A stretch of DNA of 61,162 nucleotides from IMG/VR virus record IMGVR_UViG_3300017648_000001, positions 1 through 61,162 of that record; one strand, 5' to 3'. The translations under genes were made by a program, and so were the position numbers. Below, one piece after another: positions 1-7,082 of the stretch. The first letter of the stretch is position 1. Each line of letters begins with the position of its first letter. The notes beneath the pieces were generated by a model. The model had not been told where the DNA came from. It searched no databases and saw only the letters and a program-made list of their open reading frames with translations. The stretch is from a virus. Taxonomy: Duplodnaviria; Caudoviricetes.

Positions 1-123
1 CGGAGTCCGATCGAACGGTTAATAGTGGCGGGCGATAACGATAAGGCAGGGCGTAGATTTAACGAACAAGTTATCGGAAAATTGCGAGGATATGTTGCGT
101 TAGAAGTCGTGACGGCGTATCCG
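1..123 (+). repeat. Terminal overlap, identical to 61040-61162 (circular contig)
   Basis: CGGAGTCCGATCG...GACGGCGTATCCG occurs at both ends, and the primase frame continues across the junction. Confidence 0.97.
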
Positions 124-222
124 GAAGGCGTAAAGGATGCGAACGAGGCGAGAGTCAACGGGAAATTTATGGGTATTAAGTCGGGAAATGTCGAAATATT
201 TCGGAACATTATGCGGAAATAA
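1..222 (+). CDS. C-terminal part of the DNA primase (continues from 60293)
   Basis: In frame with 60293 across the circular junction; TOPRIM DxD motif (AGDNDKAG) and KDANE motif. Confidence 0.9.
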   Translation, partial: RSPIERLIVAGDNDKAGRRFNEQVIGKLRGYVALEVVTAYPEGVKDANEARVNGKFMGIKSGNVEIFRNIMRK

Positions 223-328
223 AGATGTATAATAAATGCATGTAATACTACCGTAACATTTACGTAATAATCGTAATGCCTTACGTACGTGAAAACTCGT
301 ACTCACGGTCGGCGGAGGGGCGAAATTA

Positions 329-553
329 CTACTCCTCCTCGTCTGTGTGACGAATCCATTCGTAAAGGTCTTCGATAGTGCATCCGAGTATGGTGGCGAC
401 ATTCTTGGCGGTTTCAACATTCGGCTTGTATCGAAGGCTAACCCAGTCTGTGATTTGTTGTTTCGACTTTCCGACCATATACGATAGCTGCGTTTGGGTT
501 ATACCTTTACGTTCGCATAATTCCGGGATTCGGCACCGGCCGACCTTATACGT
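329..553 (-). CDS. XRE-family HTH repressor (AimC-like lysogeny repressor candidate)
   Basis: HTH ITQTQLSYMVGKSKQQITDW...ILGCTIEDLY; the GTG at 562 overlaps the GGAGG RBS, so an ACG start at 553 is preferred. Confidence 0.8.
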   Translation of the reverse strand, partial: TYKVGRCRIPELCERKGITQTQLSYMVGKSKQQITDWVSLRYKPNVETAKNVATILGCTIEDLYEWIRHTDEEE

Positions 554-622
554 ATTGAACACCTCCTAATTGAGTGTCCAATTAACTATTTTAATACAAT
601 GAAGAAATATTTTCCACTATGA

Positions 623-835
623 TTATTCTTTCGTTATTTTAACAACTTTTTCTATCGGAACATCGAGGTATATACAGATATTTTCTATGGTAGATAGGTA
701 TATTTTTAAACCTGTTGTTTTGTGGCCTTTTTTGATGTTTGTTAATGTAGCTGGACTCGCAACTACTCCACGTAAGTCACTCATATTCATACCTTTATCA
801 TCTAAGGTTTCAAATAGTGGAGAGAAGTCTATCAT
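623..835 (-). CDS. Cro/C1-type HTH regulator
   Basis: MIDFSPLFETL...STIENICIYLDVPIEKVV; RBS AAAGGAGG upstream of ATG 835. Confidence 0.8.
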   Translation of the reverse strand: MIDFSPLFETLDDKGMNMSDLRGVVASPATLTNIKKGHKTTGLKIYLSTIENICIYLDVPIEKVVKITKE

Positions 836-856
836 ACTAATTCCTCCTTTAAAAAA

Positions 857-910
857 TGTACACACATATGAACATTTTATGTTTACACGTCTGAACATTT
901 TTGGTACAAT
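857..910 (+). promoter_or_regulatory. aimR sigmaA promoter overlapped by tandem 18-bp operators
   Basis: TTTACA (882-887), 17 bp, TACAAT (905-910) with TG extension; operators TGTACACACATATGAACA (857-874) and TGTTTACACGTCTGAACA (880-897). Confidence 0.65.
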
Positions 911-968
911 CATATTATAACCGATATAAAACAAAAAAGATAGAGATAAATTGGAAGGAGTGGTAAAT

Positions 969-2192
969 TTGGACTATGTACGACGAGAGATATTTGACAC
1001 AATTGAAGATAAAGACCTTGATTTCAAAAAGATAGCCCGTTTAATAGGTTTAACCCCTAGATCCTTTGAGTATTTTCGAAACGGAGAACGCAATCTCGGA
1101 TTTAGGTATATGATCAAATTGTCGTACGTAGTTAGTCCAAAAGAACCCCATAAAAAGTTATCAGAATGGTGTTTAAGCTTTGATAGTTCTGAGTTAATAA
1201 AAAATTCCTTTGAATACGCAGCGATCACCCGAAACGTTGATCTATTAGGTAAGTTGCTTGAACTACATAAAAATTCGACAGGAACAATTAAAGAGTGTAC
1301 ACAAATTTACGGTTTTATATACCAAGGAATGAATAATCGATTAAATTACTCAGATATCATTAAAAAAATAATGGAACTTAAAAGCATTAAAGATAGCGCT
1401 CTACAAATATTAGTTGAAATAAATAAATGTATTGGCTATTTTCATCAAAGAAGGTTTTTAACATTACCGAACGATATATACGAAATTGAGTGTAAGATTA
1501 ACAAAATGAGTGATAAAAGAGAATTATTTTTAAAAGAATGCTTTTTACATCGATTATCTGAGATAGCATGCCACTCGTATCTTCACTTAAATAATCTAAA
1601 TCTTGCACGTCACTACGCAAGAATCTTAATCAACGCAAATATGAACTTAAAAGTTAAATCCGAGGCATATTACGTTTTAGGAATGTCGTACTTAAATGAA
1701 GATGTCGACAGATGTATAAAGTACTTAGAAAAAAGTCTTTCAATCATGAAGTTGACTGGAATTGATTTTCTTGTTGAGTTTTCAGAATATAATTTAAATT
1801 GCGCTAAACTTTACTCAGATATTAAACTGCCTGATAATGCAGATCCTTCTTTACTTATGTTCGAGAGTTATAAGAATAATAAAGTTGAAAAGAAATTTGC
1901 GCTAAAAGTAATTAAAGAGAGTGGAGATCCTGATTTAATTTCTTTGTTTGAAGGAATATGTGAAGAAGGGAATAGTGAGCTTCATAATAAGTTTCATGAT
2001 TTTTTTTCTGATGCTAACTTTTACTTCGCGGCCATTGTCGTGAAGGAGCTGATGAATAGAGGAGAGAATTCAGCGTTCATTAAATCTTTAACAAAACTAA
2101 CTATTTTTAAAAAGGGAGATGTTTTATTTGAAGAAAACTTTATTAACTGTTTTAACAATCGTGACATTATTAACGGTAGCAATTGCGCTTAA
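969..2192 (+). CDS. aimR: Arbitrium-type peptide receptor (RRNPP family, HTH plus TPR)
   Basis: ~407 aa; N-terminal HTH, FEYAA motif, TPR-like AYYVLGMSYL; overlaps a downstream propeptide gene; TTG 969 follows AAGGAG. Confidence 0.85.
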   Translation: MDYVRREIFDTIEDKDLDFKKIARLIGLTPRSFEYFRNGERNLGFRYMIKLSYVVSPKEPHKKLSEWCLSFDSSELIKNSFEYAAITRNVDLLGKLLELHKNSTGTIKECTQIYGFIYQGMNNRLNYSDIIKKIMELKSIKDSALQILVEINKCIGYFHQRRFLTLPNDIYEIECKINKMSDKRELFLKECFLHRLSEIACHSYLHLNNLNLARHYARILINANMNLKVKSEAYYVLGMSYLNEDVDRCIKYLEKSLSIMKLTGIDFLVEFSEYNLNCAKLYSDIKLPDNADPSLLMFESYKNNKVEKKFALKVIKESGDPDLISLFEGICEEGNSELHNKFHDFFSDANFYFAAIVVKELMNRGENSAFIKSLTKLTIFKKGDVLFEENFINCFNNRDIINGSNCA

Positions 2193-2277
2193 TCCTACTG
2201 ACAAAAATGAGAGTGCAAGCTTAGATACTCCTGATGGCTACGTCGATTCTGCTGGTAAAGTAACTCCTGGAATGTAA
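2128..2277 (+). CDS. aimP: Arbitrium propeptide, 49 aa: MKKTLLTVLTIVTLLTVAIALNPTDKNESASLDTPDGYVDSAGKVTPGM
   Basis: Translated by hand: RBS AAAGGGAG, TTG start, Sec signal peptide, short C-terminal pro-region, overlap with the aimR 3' end, downstream terminator. Confidence 0.85.
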   Translation: MKKTLLTVLTIVTLLTVAIALNPTDKNESASLDTPDGYVDSAGKVTPGM

Positions 2278-2303
2278 GGAAAAATAAAATAAATTATTCA
2301 ATC

Positions 2304-2333
2304 GAGCGCCCAATCAAAAGGGTGCTCTTTTTT
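2304..2333 (+). terminator. Intrinsic terminator after aimP
   Basis: GAGCGCCC-loop-GGGTGCTC followed by T6. Confidence 0.8.
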
Positions 2334-2339
2334 ATATAA

Positions 2340-2357
2340 TGTTCATACGTCTGAACA
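2340..2357. promoter_or_regulatory. 18-bp operator TGTTCA-N6-TGAACA
   Basis: Perfect 6-bp arms; matches the sites at 857 and 880. Confidence 0.65.
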
Positions 2358-2472
2358 AAAATGTTTTTTGGAGACTTTGTTCGTTTTTGGCAAGAATGTC
2401 CATAAATGGTTGTATTATAAGGTCAAGCAAGAAAAATAAAAACAAAATTTTAAAAAAAGTTTTAGAAATGAT

Positions 2473-2497
2473 GTCCGAAACTAAAAGGTCGTGCGTC
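2473..2497 (+). promoter_or_regulatory. Putative phage-sigma promoter GTCCGAAA-N11-TGCGTC (copy 1)
   Basis: Same motif and spacing at 16431, 54300 and 54573, all intergenic upstream of + strand genes. Confidence 0.7.
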
Positions 2498-2525
2498 AGA
2501 GTATATGTAAGGAGGAGATAATAAA

Positions 2526-3167
2526 ATGAACGAACAACAAAAACTTCATATTAATAGTCTAGTAGGTGGTTATTTAGAGACAAAATCGGAGGTAGCCTTC
2601 GCAAGCATATACGAAGCTCTTTCGAAAGTGTACGAAAATAAACTAACGTACTGGGAGGCGACTACATCGCTAGTAGAATCGCACGACACACGGCAAATGT
2701 TCGACGATGTACTACTAAGCGTATTACGAAGCATCGAAACAAACGGAGGCGACTTCGTAAAGTTATTCGCAAGGTCGATAAACAATCGATTCAAGTCGCT
2801 ACTCCGGAAAGTACGCACTAGACGAAATTATGAAACACTCGAATCAACGTTAAACAATGACGAAGAGGATGCGGCAACATTCGAAATCGTCGACGAATTT
2901 AATCTCGAAGAAGAAGTTATCGAAGGAATTACGCGGAAAAAGAAAAACGACCAGCGGCAACTGATCGAATTTCTAGTCCGTGGGGAGAACGAAAGAACGA
3001 CGGCAATCGTTCAAACGTATCTCTCAACCGATTTGAAAACACCGACGGCAATCGGTAAGCATCTCGGTCTTGACCACAAACAAGTATCACGCATTTTGAA
3101 TCGCCTGGCGGGCAAATTCAGTACTAAACAGTTCGGAAATTATCATGACTACTTAGTAGCGCTTTAA
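2526..3167 (+). CDS. Phage sigma-70-like factor
   Basis: Region-2-like segment (FVKLFARSINNRFKSLLRK) and C-terminal HTH (TAIGKHLGLDHKQVSRILNRL). Confidence 0.7.
   Translation: MNEQQKLHINSLVGGYLETKSEVAFASIYEALSKVYENKLTYWEATTSLVESHDTRQMFDDVLLSVLRSIETNGGDFVKLFARSINNRFKSLLRKVRTRRNYETLESTLNNDEEDAATFEIVDEFNLEEEVIEGITRKKKNDQRQLIEFLVRGENERTTAIVQTYLSTDLKTPTAIGKHLGLDHKQVSRILNRLAGKFSTKQFGNYHDYLVAL
2867..3056 (+). repeat. Four RNA hairpins with an identical CGGCAA loop (boxB-like) inside the sigma gene
   Basis: GGATG/CATTC (2867), CGACCAG/CTGATCG (2948), GAACGA/TCGTTC (2995), ACCGA/TCGGT (3041). Confidence 0.7.
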
Positions 3168-3173
3168 TTTATA

Positions 3174-3219
3174 TAGGACGGATATGGCGATTAGGCATGT
3201 CGTCATATCACGGTTCCTA
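3174..3219 (+). other. Long hairpin after the sigma gene (terminator or attenuator candidate)
   Basis: TAGGA-CG-GATATGGCGA pairs with TCGTCATATC-A-CG-GT-TCCTA. Confidence 0.5.
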
Positions 3220-3314
3220 TTGCTATTATACGTTTATTCGTATAAAACGGCTATCAAAAGTGTACGACAAATGATAGTAAATTTCAACTACAAAAATATT
3301 ACGAGGTGATTACA

Positions 3315-3473
3315 ATGAAACGTAATGACGTTTACAGTCTTATTATACACGAAAATAAGTCGTCTTATTCGATAGATGACGAAAATATATACGCAATCTA
3401 TAACGGAAGCTACGCGAAGGATGAAGATCCGGCAGATTACATTCGTCCGATCAAGGCGGTGCGAGTCGGATGA
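3315..3473 (+). CDS. Small hypothetical protein (52 aa)
   Basis: RBS GAGGTG, ATG start, ATGA overlap with the next gene. Confidence 0.6.
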   Translation: MKRNDVYSLIIHENKSSYSIDDENIYAIYNGSYAKDEDPADYIRPIKAVRVG

Positions 3474-4036
3474 AAAGATATAACGTTACAGATCACGCAA
3501 TAAAACGATGTGTAGAACGGTTAAATAAAACAGCCGGAAACGCAAAGGCGCATCTGAACGATTTAATGCAAACGGCATATTTTAACGGAAATGTTCCGCA
3601 CCCTAGCGGTAAAATTCACAAAGTTTACGATCATGTAAAATCTCGAACTCGTCTTATCGTTAGCGAGGACGATTTCATTATTACCGTTTATAAATTTCCG
3701 AAGCTGCCCGAAGTTGAGTCGCCAAAGCCGATATTATCCGAAGTACCAACGTTCCTTCGCGATAAAGTTACTCAAGTAGTCCAACGAGAACTTGCTCGCT
3801 TCGAATCAAAAGAGCGAAAGGTTGAGCGTCGTAATTCGCTATCGAAAGCGGAACTAGAAATCGAAGTGGCCGAATTGAAACTACGGTTATTACGCGCTAG
3901 ATCCGAATCGAAAAAGATGGCGTTGCAAGCTCGACTTGAAGCCGTTCAGATACGAATAGACGAACTTGACAACGAAATTAACGAAGTTAAACGCGAGAAA
4001 ACAGCGGTAGCGAAAGGAGTTGCAGCGTACTTATGA
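3470..4036 (+). CDS. Hypothetical protein: N-terminal HAxxR (RelE/DUF4258-like) domain plus coiled coil
   Basis: VTDHAIKRCVERL motif; C-terminal heptad repeats. Confidence 0.6.
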   Translation: MKRYNVTDHAIKRCVERLNKTAGNAKAHLNDLMQTAYFNGNVPHPSGKIHKVYDHVKSRTRLIVSEDDFIITVYKFPKLPEVESPKPILSEVPTFLRDKVTQVVQRELARFESKERKVERRNSLSKAELEIEVAELKLRLLRARSESKKMALQARLEAVQIRIDELDNEINEVKREKTAVAKGVAAYL

Positions 4037-4140
4037 CCACGCAAGATTGGGCGTTTCTAATATTCGGAGTCGGTACGGTATTCCTGGCGCTACTAATGAT
4101 GTGGTGTATAACGAAAGAAGCACGAAAAAGAACGGAATAA
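4033..4140 (+). CDS. Small membrane protein (35 aa)
   Basis: MTTQDWAFLIFGVGTVFLALLMMWCITKEARKRTE; ATGA overlap. Confidence 0.5.
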   Translation: MTTQDWAFLIFGVGTVFLALLMMWCITKEARKRTE

Positions 4141-4148
4141 GCGGAATA

Positions 4149-4274
4149 AACGCGAAGCTTCTTGCTTCCGTTGGAAGATACGATGGCGATCCGTTAAGAA
4201 TGAGCGCGGCGGCTAACGCTGTTCGGACGTAATATACTCGTATCTCGCAACGGGCGCGGGAATTATCCGGCGTT
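4149..4274 (+). ncRNA. Structured RNA leader upstream of the SSB-like gene
   Basis: Nested stems: TTCTTGCTTCCGTTG/CAACGGGCGCGGGAA, AGATACGA/TCGTATCT, TCCG/CGGA, AGCG/CGCT. Confidence 0.55.
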
Positions 4275-4306
4275 CGACAAAAAACAAAACGAAGGGAAGC
4301 GGTTAA

Positions 4307-5122
4307 ATGAGTCAATTCAAACGAGGCGCAGCTGCATTAGGAGCGTTATCACAAAGCGGAGGAGAAAGCGCACCGAAAGCGGAAATAACGAAATTTAAAT
4401 CCGGTACTACGTTAAAAGTTCGCGTAAAAGGTCCGTATGATCTAGTCCAGTATTTCGCGTATGGTATCTTCGGAAAGGTTAATACGTTCATCGCGAAGAA
4501 CCCTCCAGAAAGAAATGCGAGAGGCTTCGTCACTGCGAATCATACGCCATGGGATCGCGCAAGCCAATACTACTACGATTTAGCAGCGAAAGATGGCGCC
4601 AATGCTGACGAATATAAGAACCTCGGCTATCAATTTAAAGGTAAGGAGCGCTTCTTGATGGGATTCGCTAACATCGAAACTGGCGAAGACATTATCGTTG
4701 ACCTTACGAAAGCACAGGCGCAAGGCATCTACGAAACAATTCTCGAATATTGCGAAAAGGATGCGGACGGCAACGTAATCGATGGAGGCGAACACGAATT
4801 TAAAGACATGGCGTTCAAGCTATCGAAAAAGGGAACGTCGACATCAACTTCGGTAACACTCGCGCCAATTATCAACCTTGCGAAAGGCTTGACGGACGAG
4901 GAGCGTAAGAATTTCGAAGCGACTGCTGATTCCGAATTTGACGCCAGCCTATTCGATTCCGTGCTTTACGAATCTGACGAAGAAGAAATGATTAAGGCGC
5001 TAGTGAAAGCGGACTTTGACATTAGTTTACTCGGACTAAGTATCGGAGGAAATAGCGCGCCAGCCGACGAAGATGTTACGCCAATCGGTGACGAAACTAA
5101 TGCGGAAGACTACGACTTCTAG
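4307..5122 (+). CDS. Single-stranded DNA-binding protein (gp32-like)
   Basis: Position in the replication module, OB-like KLSKKGTSTSTSVTLAP, acidic tail ending EDYDF. Confidence 0.6.
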   Translation: MSQFKRGAAALGALSQSGGESAPKAEITKFKSGTTLKVRVKGPYDLVQYFAYGIFGKVNTFIAKNPPERNARGFVTANHTPWDRASQYYYDLAAKDGANADEYKNLGYQFKGKERFLMGFANIETGEDIIVDLTKAQAQGIYETILEYCEKDADGNVIDGGEHEFKDMAFKLSKKGTSTSTSVTLAPIINLAKGLTDEERKNFEATADSEFDASLFDSVLYESDEEEMIKALVKADFDISLLGLSIGGNSAPADEDVTPIGDETNAEDYDF

Positions 5123-5170
5123 GCGGTCGAGTCTTTCCGTAATGACTAAATAACGAAAGGGAGCGATAGT

Positions 5171-5467
5171 ATGGGCGTAGATTGGTATCCTTGCGAAAGT
5201 TGTGGCGATACATTTCCTGACGCAGGCTATTACGTTTATTGCGAAGGGTGTGGGCGTCAATGGTGTTCGGACGGTTGCGCTAGTTCTGACGGTTACGAAT
5301 GTCCGGTAGACGAAGAAGGCGAAGAAATAATCGAGGAAAGTACTTGCGGTTATTGTCGCGGTGAACAATTTGACGATGACGAAATATTAGCGGAAGCACT
5401 TAACTTACTCGGAAAGTCTCGAGAAGACATTATCGGAATTTTAAAAGCGAAGAAGGAGGCGAAGTAA
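5171..5467 (+). CDS. Cys-rich zinc-finger hypothetical protein
   Basis: Several CxxC motifs; RBS present. Confidence 0.7.
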   Translation: MGVDWYPCESCGDTFPDAGYYVYCEGCGRQWCSDGCASSDGYECPVDEEGEEIIEESTCGYCRGEQFDDDEILAEALNLLGKSREDIIGILKAKKEAK

Positions 5468-5468
5468 T

Positions 5469-5888
5469 TTGGCACACGAAACGCAAATTCTCGGAAAAGT
5501 ATCGGAAATCACCGCAGCACTGGCGCTAATCGCTAACGGATGGGAAGTGGCGGAGCCAGTCATGGCGGAAGAATACGATTTAGTAGCGAAAGACCCTATC
5601 GATAAGAAGTGGCGGACGTTCCAAGTCAAGTCGCTCCGCCGACGTTCCGACCGCAATAACGAAATGGTTATCGTAGGACGAAAGAATAACGGAGGCACGT
5701 ATCAACCGTCAGAAGTCGATTACATGCTCGGAGTAGACACCGTTAATGACGTAGTCTACATGGTTGAGTGCTCCGGATTATCCGAATATTGGGCGAGCGA
5801 ATCTACGGCTGCGAAACGTTGGGTCGAATTGTCTGCGAAGGAAGTCGTCGAAGCGATTACGGAAAATAACGAAGTGGAGGCGGTATGA
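5469..5888 (+). CDS. PD-(D/E)xK nuclease-family protein
   Basis: GKVSE...YDLVA...FQVKS motif. Confidence 0.7.
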   Translation: MAHETQILGKVSEITAALALIANGWEVAEPVMAEEYDLVAKDPIDKKWRTFQVKSLRRRSDRNNEMVIVGRKNNGGTYQPSEVDYMLGVDTVNDVVYMVECSGLSEYWASESTAAKRWVELSAKEVVEAITENNEVEAV

Positions 5889-6058
5889 TGAAAACGACTA
5901 AATCACGCAAGGAGCGCCGAGCAGAAGCGCGTAAGAATAAAACGGAATTTGTGCCGGTATATAACGGGAATGCTCCGAAAACTTACGAAGAAATGTACGG
6001 TGTCGGCTACGAACGTTTCAATAATAAATTCGATACTATTTCGAAGGGGGCTAATTAA
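5888..6058 (+). CDS. Small arginine-rich-motif protein (56 aa), N-like antiterminator candidate
   Basis: Translated by hand: MKTTKSRKERRAEARKNKTEFVPVYNGNAPKTYEEMYGVGYERFNNKFDTISKGAN; GGAGG RBS; fills the gap between neighbours. Confidence 0.7.
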   Translation: MKTTKSRKERRAEARKNKTEFVPVYNGNAPKTYEEMYGVGYERFNNKFDTISKGAN

Positions 6059-6059
6059 T

Positions 6060-6869
6060 ATGGCGAAAATTACGTTAGAAAACGGAGCAACATTCGAAGG
6101 TACAGTCGAAGAAATACAGGCGTTAGTGGAAGCGTTTGGCGTAGAGAAAGAGGCGGAAGTCGCGGAACTTACCGAATCTGAATATCGCAAAATTACTAGA
6201 TACGGCATCGGCGATTTCGTAAAGTTTACGGATACTGGCGACTTACCTTCGTATATTAAGCCCGACAAGTATTACGAAATCGTCGAAATTGACGGCGGGG
6301 ATGCGGTAATAAATGACGAAGATGGCGATTCGTTTGATACGTGCGGATATGACGTTGAGTATTTCGAAAAGGATGGCGGAGAGGAAGTCGTGGCCGAGAC
6401 GTTGAAAGTCGGAGATTATGCGAAGGTTGTACGCCGAGTGAATGAATTCGAAAAAGGAAATATCGTTAAGATAGTCGGGGAGAAAGCGGATGGTAGCGTC
6501 AGTGGTTTCGATTTTAAAGTAAATTTCGTTAATGTTACCGGAGCAAGTAAAATTGAAGGCCAAACTTACGGTTATATCGATGCTAAGAATATCGTAAAAG
6601 CGACGGAATCCGAAATCGCAGAAGCTAAAGCGGAAGCCGAACGCCAAGCAGCGAATGCTAAGTGGGCGAAGATTGGTCGGAAGCCTAACGAATATAAGGA
6701 AGGCGATGTCGTTCACGACGGTTCTGATAGACCGATTTTCACCGTCCTAAGTTGCTACGAAATTGCCGAACGAAACGTACAGTTTTACGGAGATGACGGT
6801 AGCTTTACCGTAGATATCGAAAACATCGAACTTATCACGCCAGTCGAAGCGAGATTTGACCGTGCCTAA
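6060..6869 (+). CDS. Hypothetical protein with repeated SH3-like (GDxV) domains
   Basis: Repeats IGDFVK, VGDYAK, EGDVV; start after a GGGGG RBS. Confidence 0.7.
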   Translation: MAKITLENGATFEGTVEEIQALVEAFGVEKEAEVAELTESEYRKITRYGIGDFVKFTDTGDLPSYIKPDKYYEIVEIDGGDAVINDEDGDSFDTCGYDVEYFEKDGGEEVVAETLKVGDYAKVVRRVNEFEKGNIVKIVGEKADGSVSGFDFKVNFVNVTGASKIEGQTYGYIDAKNIVKATESEIAEAKAEAERQAANAKWAKIGRKPNEYKEGDVVHDGSDRPIFTVLSCYEIAERNVQFYGDDGSFTVDIENIELITPVEARFDRA

Positions 6870-7050
6870 CGCGTCAGCTAACGCGTCAGCTAAATGCGCC
6901 AACTGTCCGCAAGTCCTCAACGAAGGTCAGTCCGCAGTATATGACGAACTAGCCGACGCTTACTTTTGTGACCGCGCTTGTCATGCGGAATGGCTGACGG
7001 AACATGTGGCGGAGTATCAACGGAAGAATGTAGTAAGCGTTGATTTGTGA
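6856..7050 (+). CDS. Zinc-finger hypothetical protein
   Basis: CANC...FCDRAC. Confidence 0.55.
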   Translation: MTVPNASANASAKCANCPQVLNEGQSAVYDELADAYFCDRACHAEWLTEHVAEYQRKNVVSVDL

Positions 7051-7082
7051 CGGCGATACCACGAAGTTAGGAGGTCGATATA

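Noticed and set aside
1-123. Terminal repeat as a biological direct terminal repeat
   Set aside because: It lies in the middle of the primase gene and is best explained as assembler overlap of a circular contig
2339-2521. 60-aa ORF as a protein-coding aimX
   Set aside because: No RBS, and it overlaps operator and promoter motifs and A-tracts
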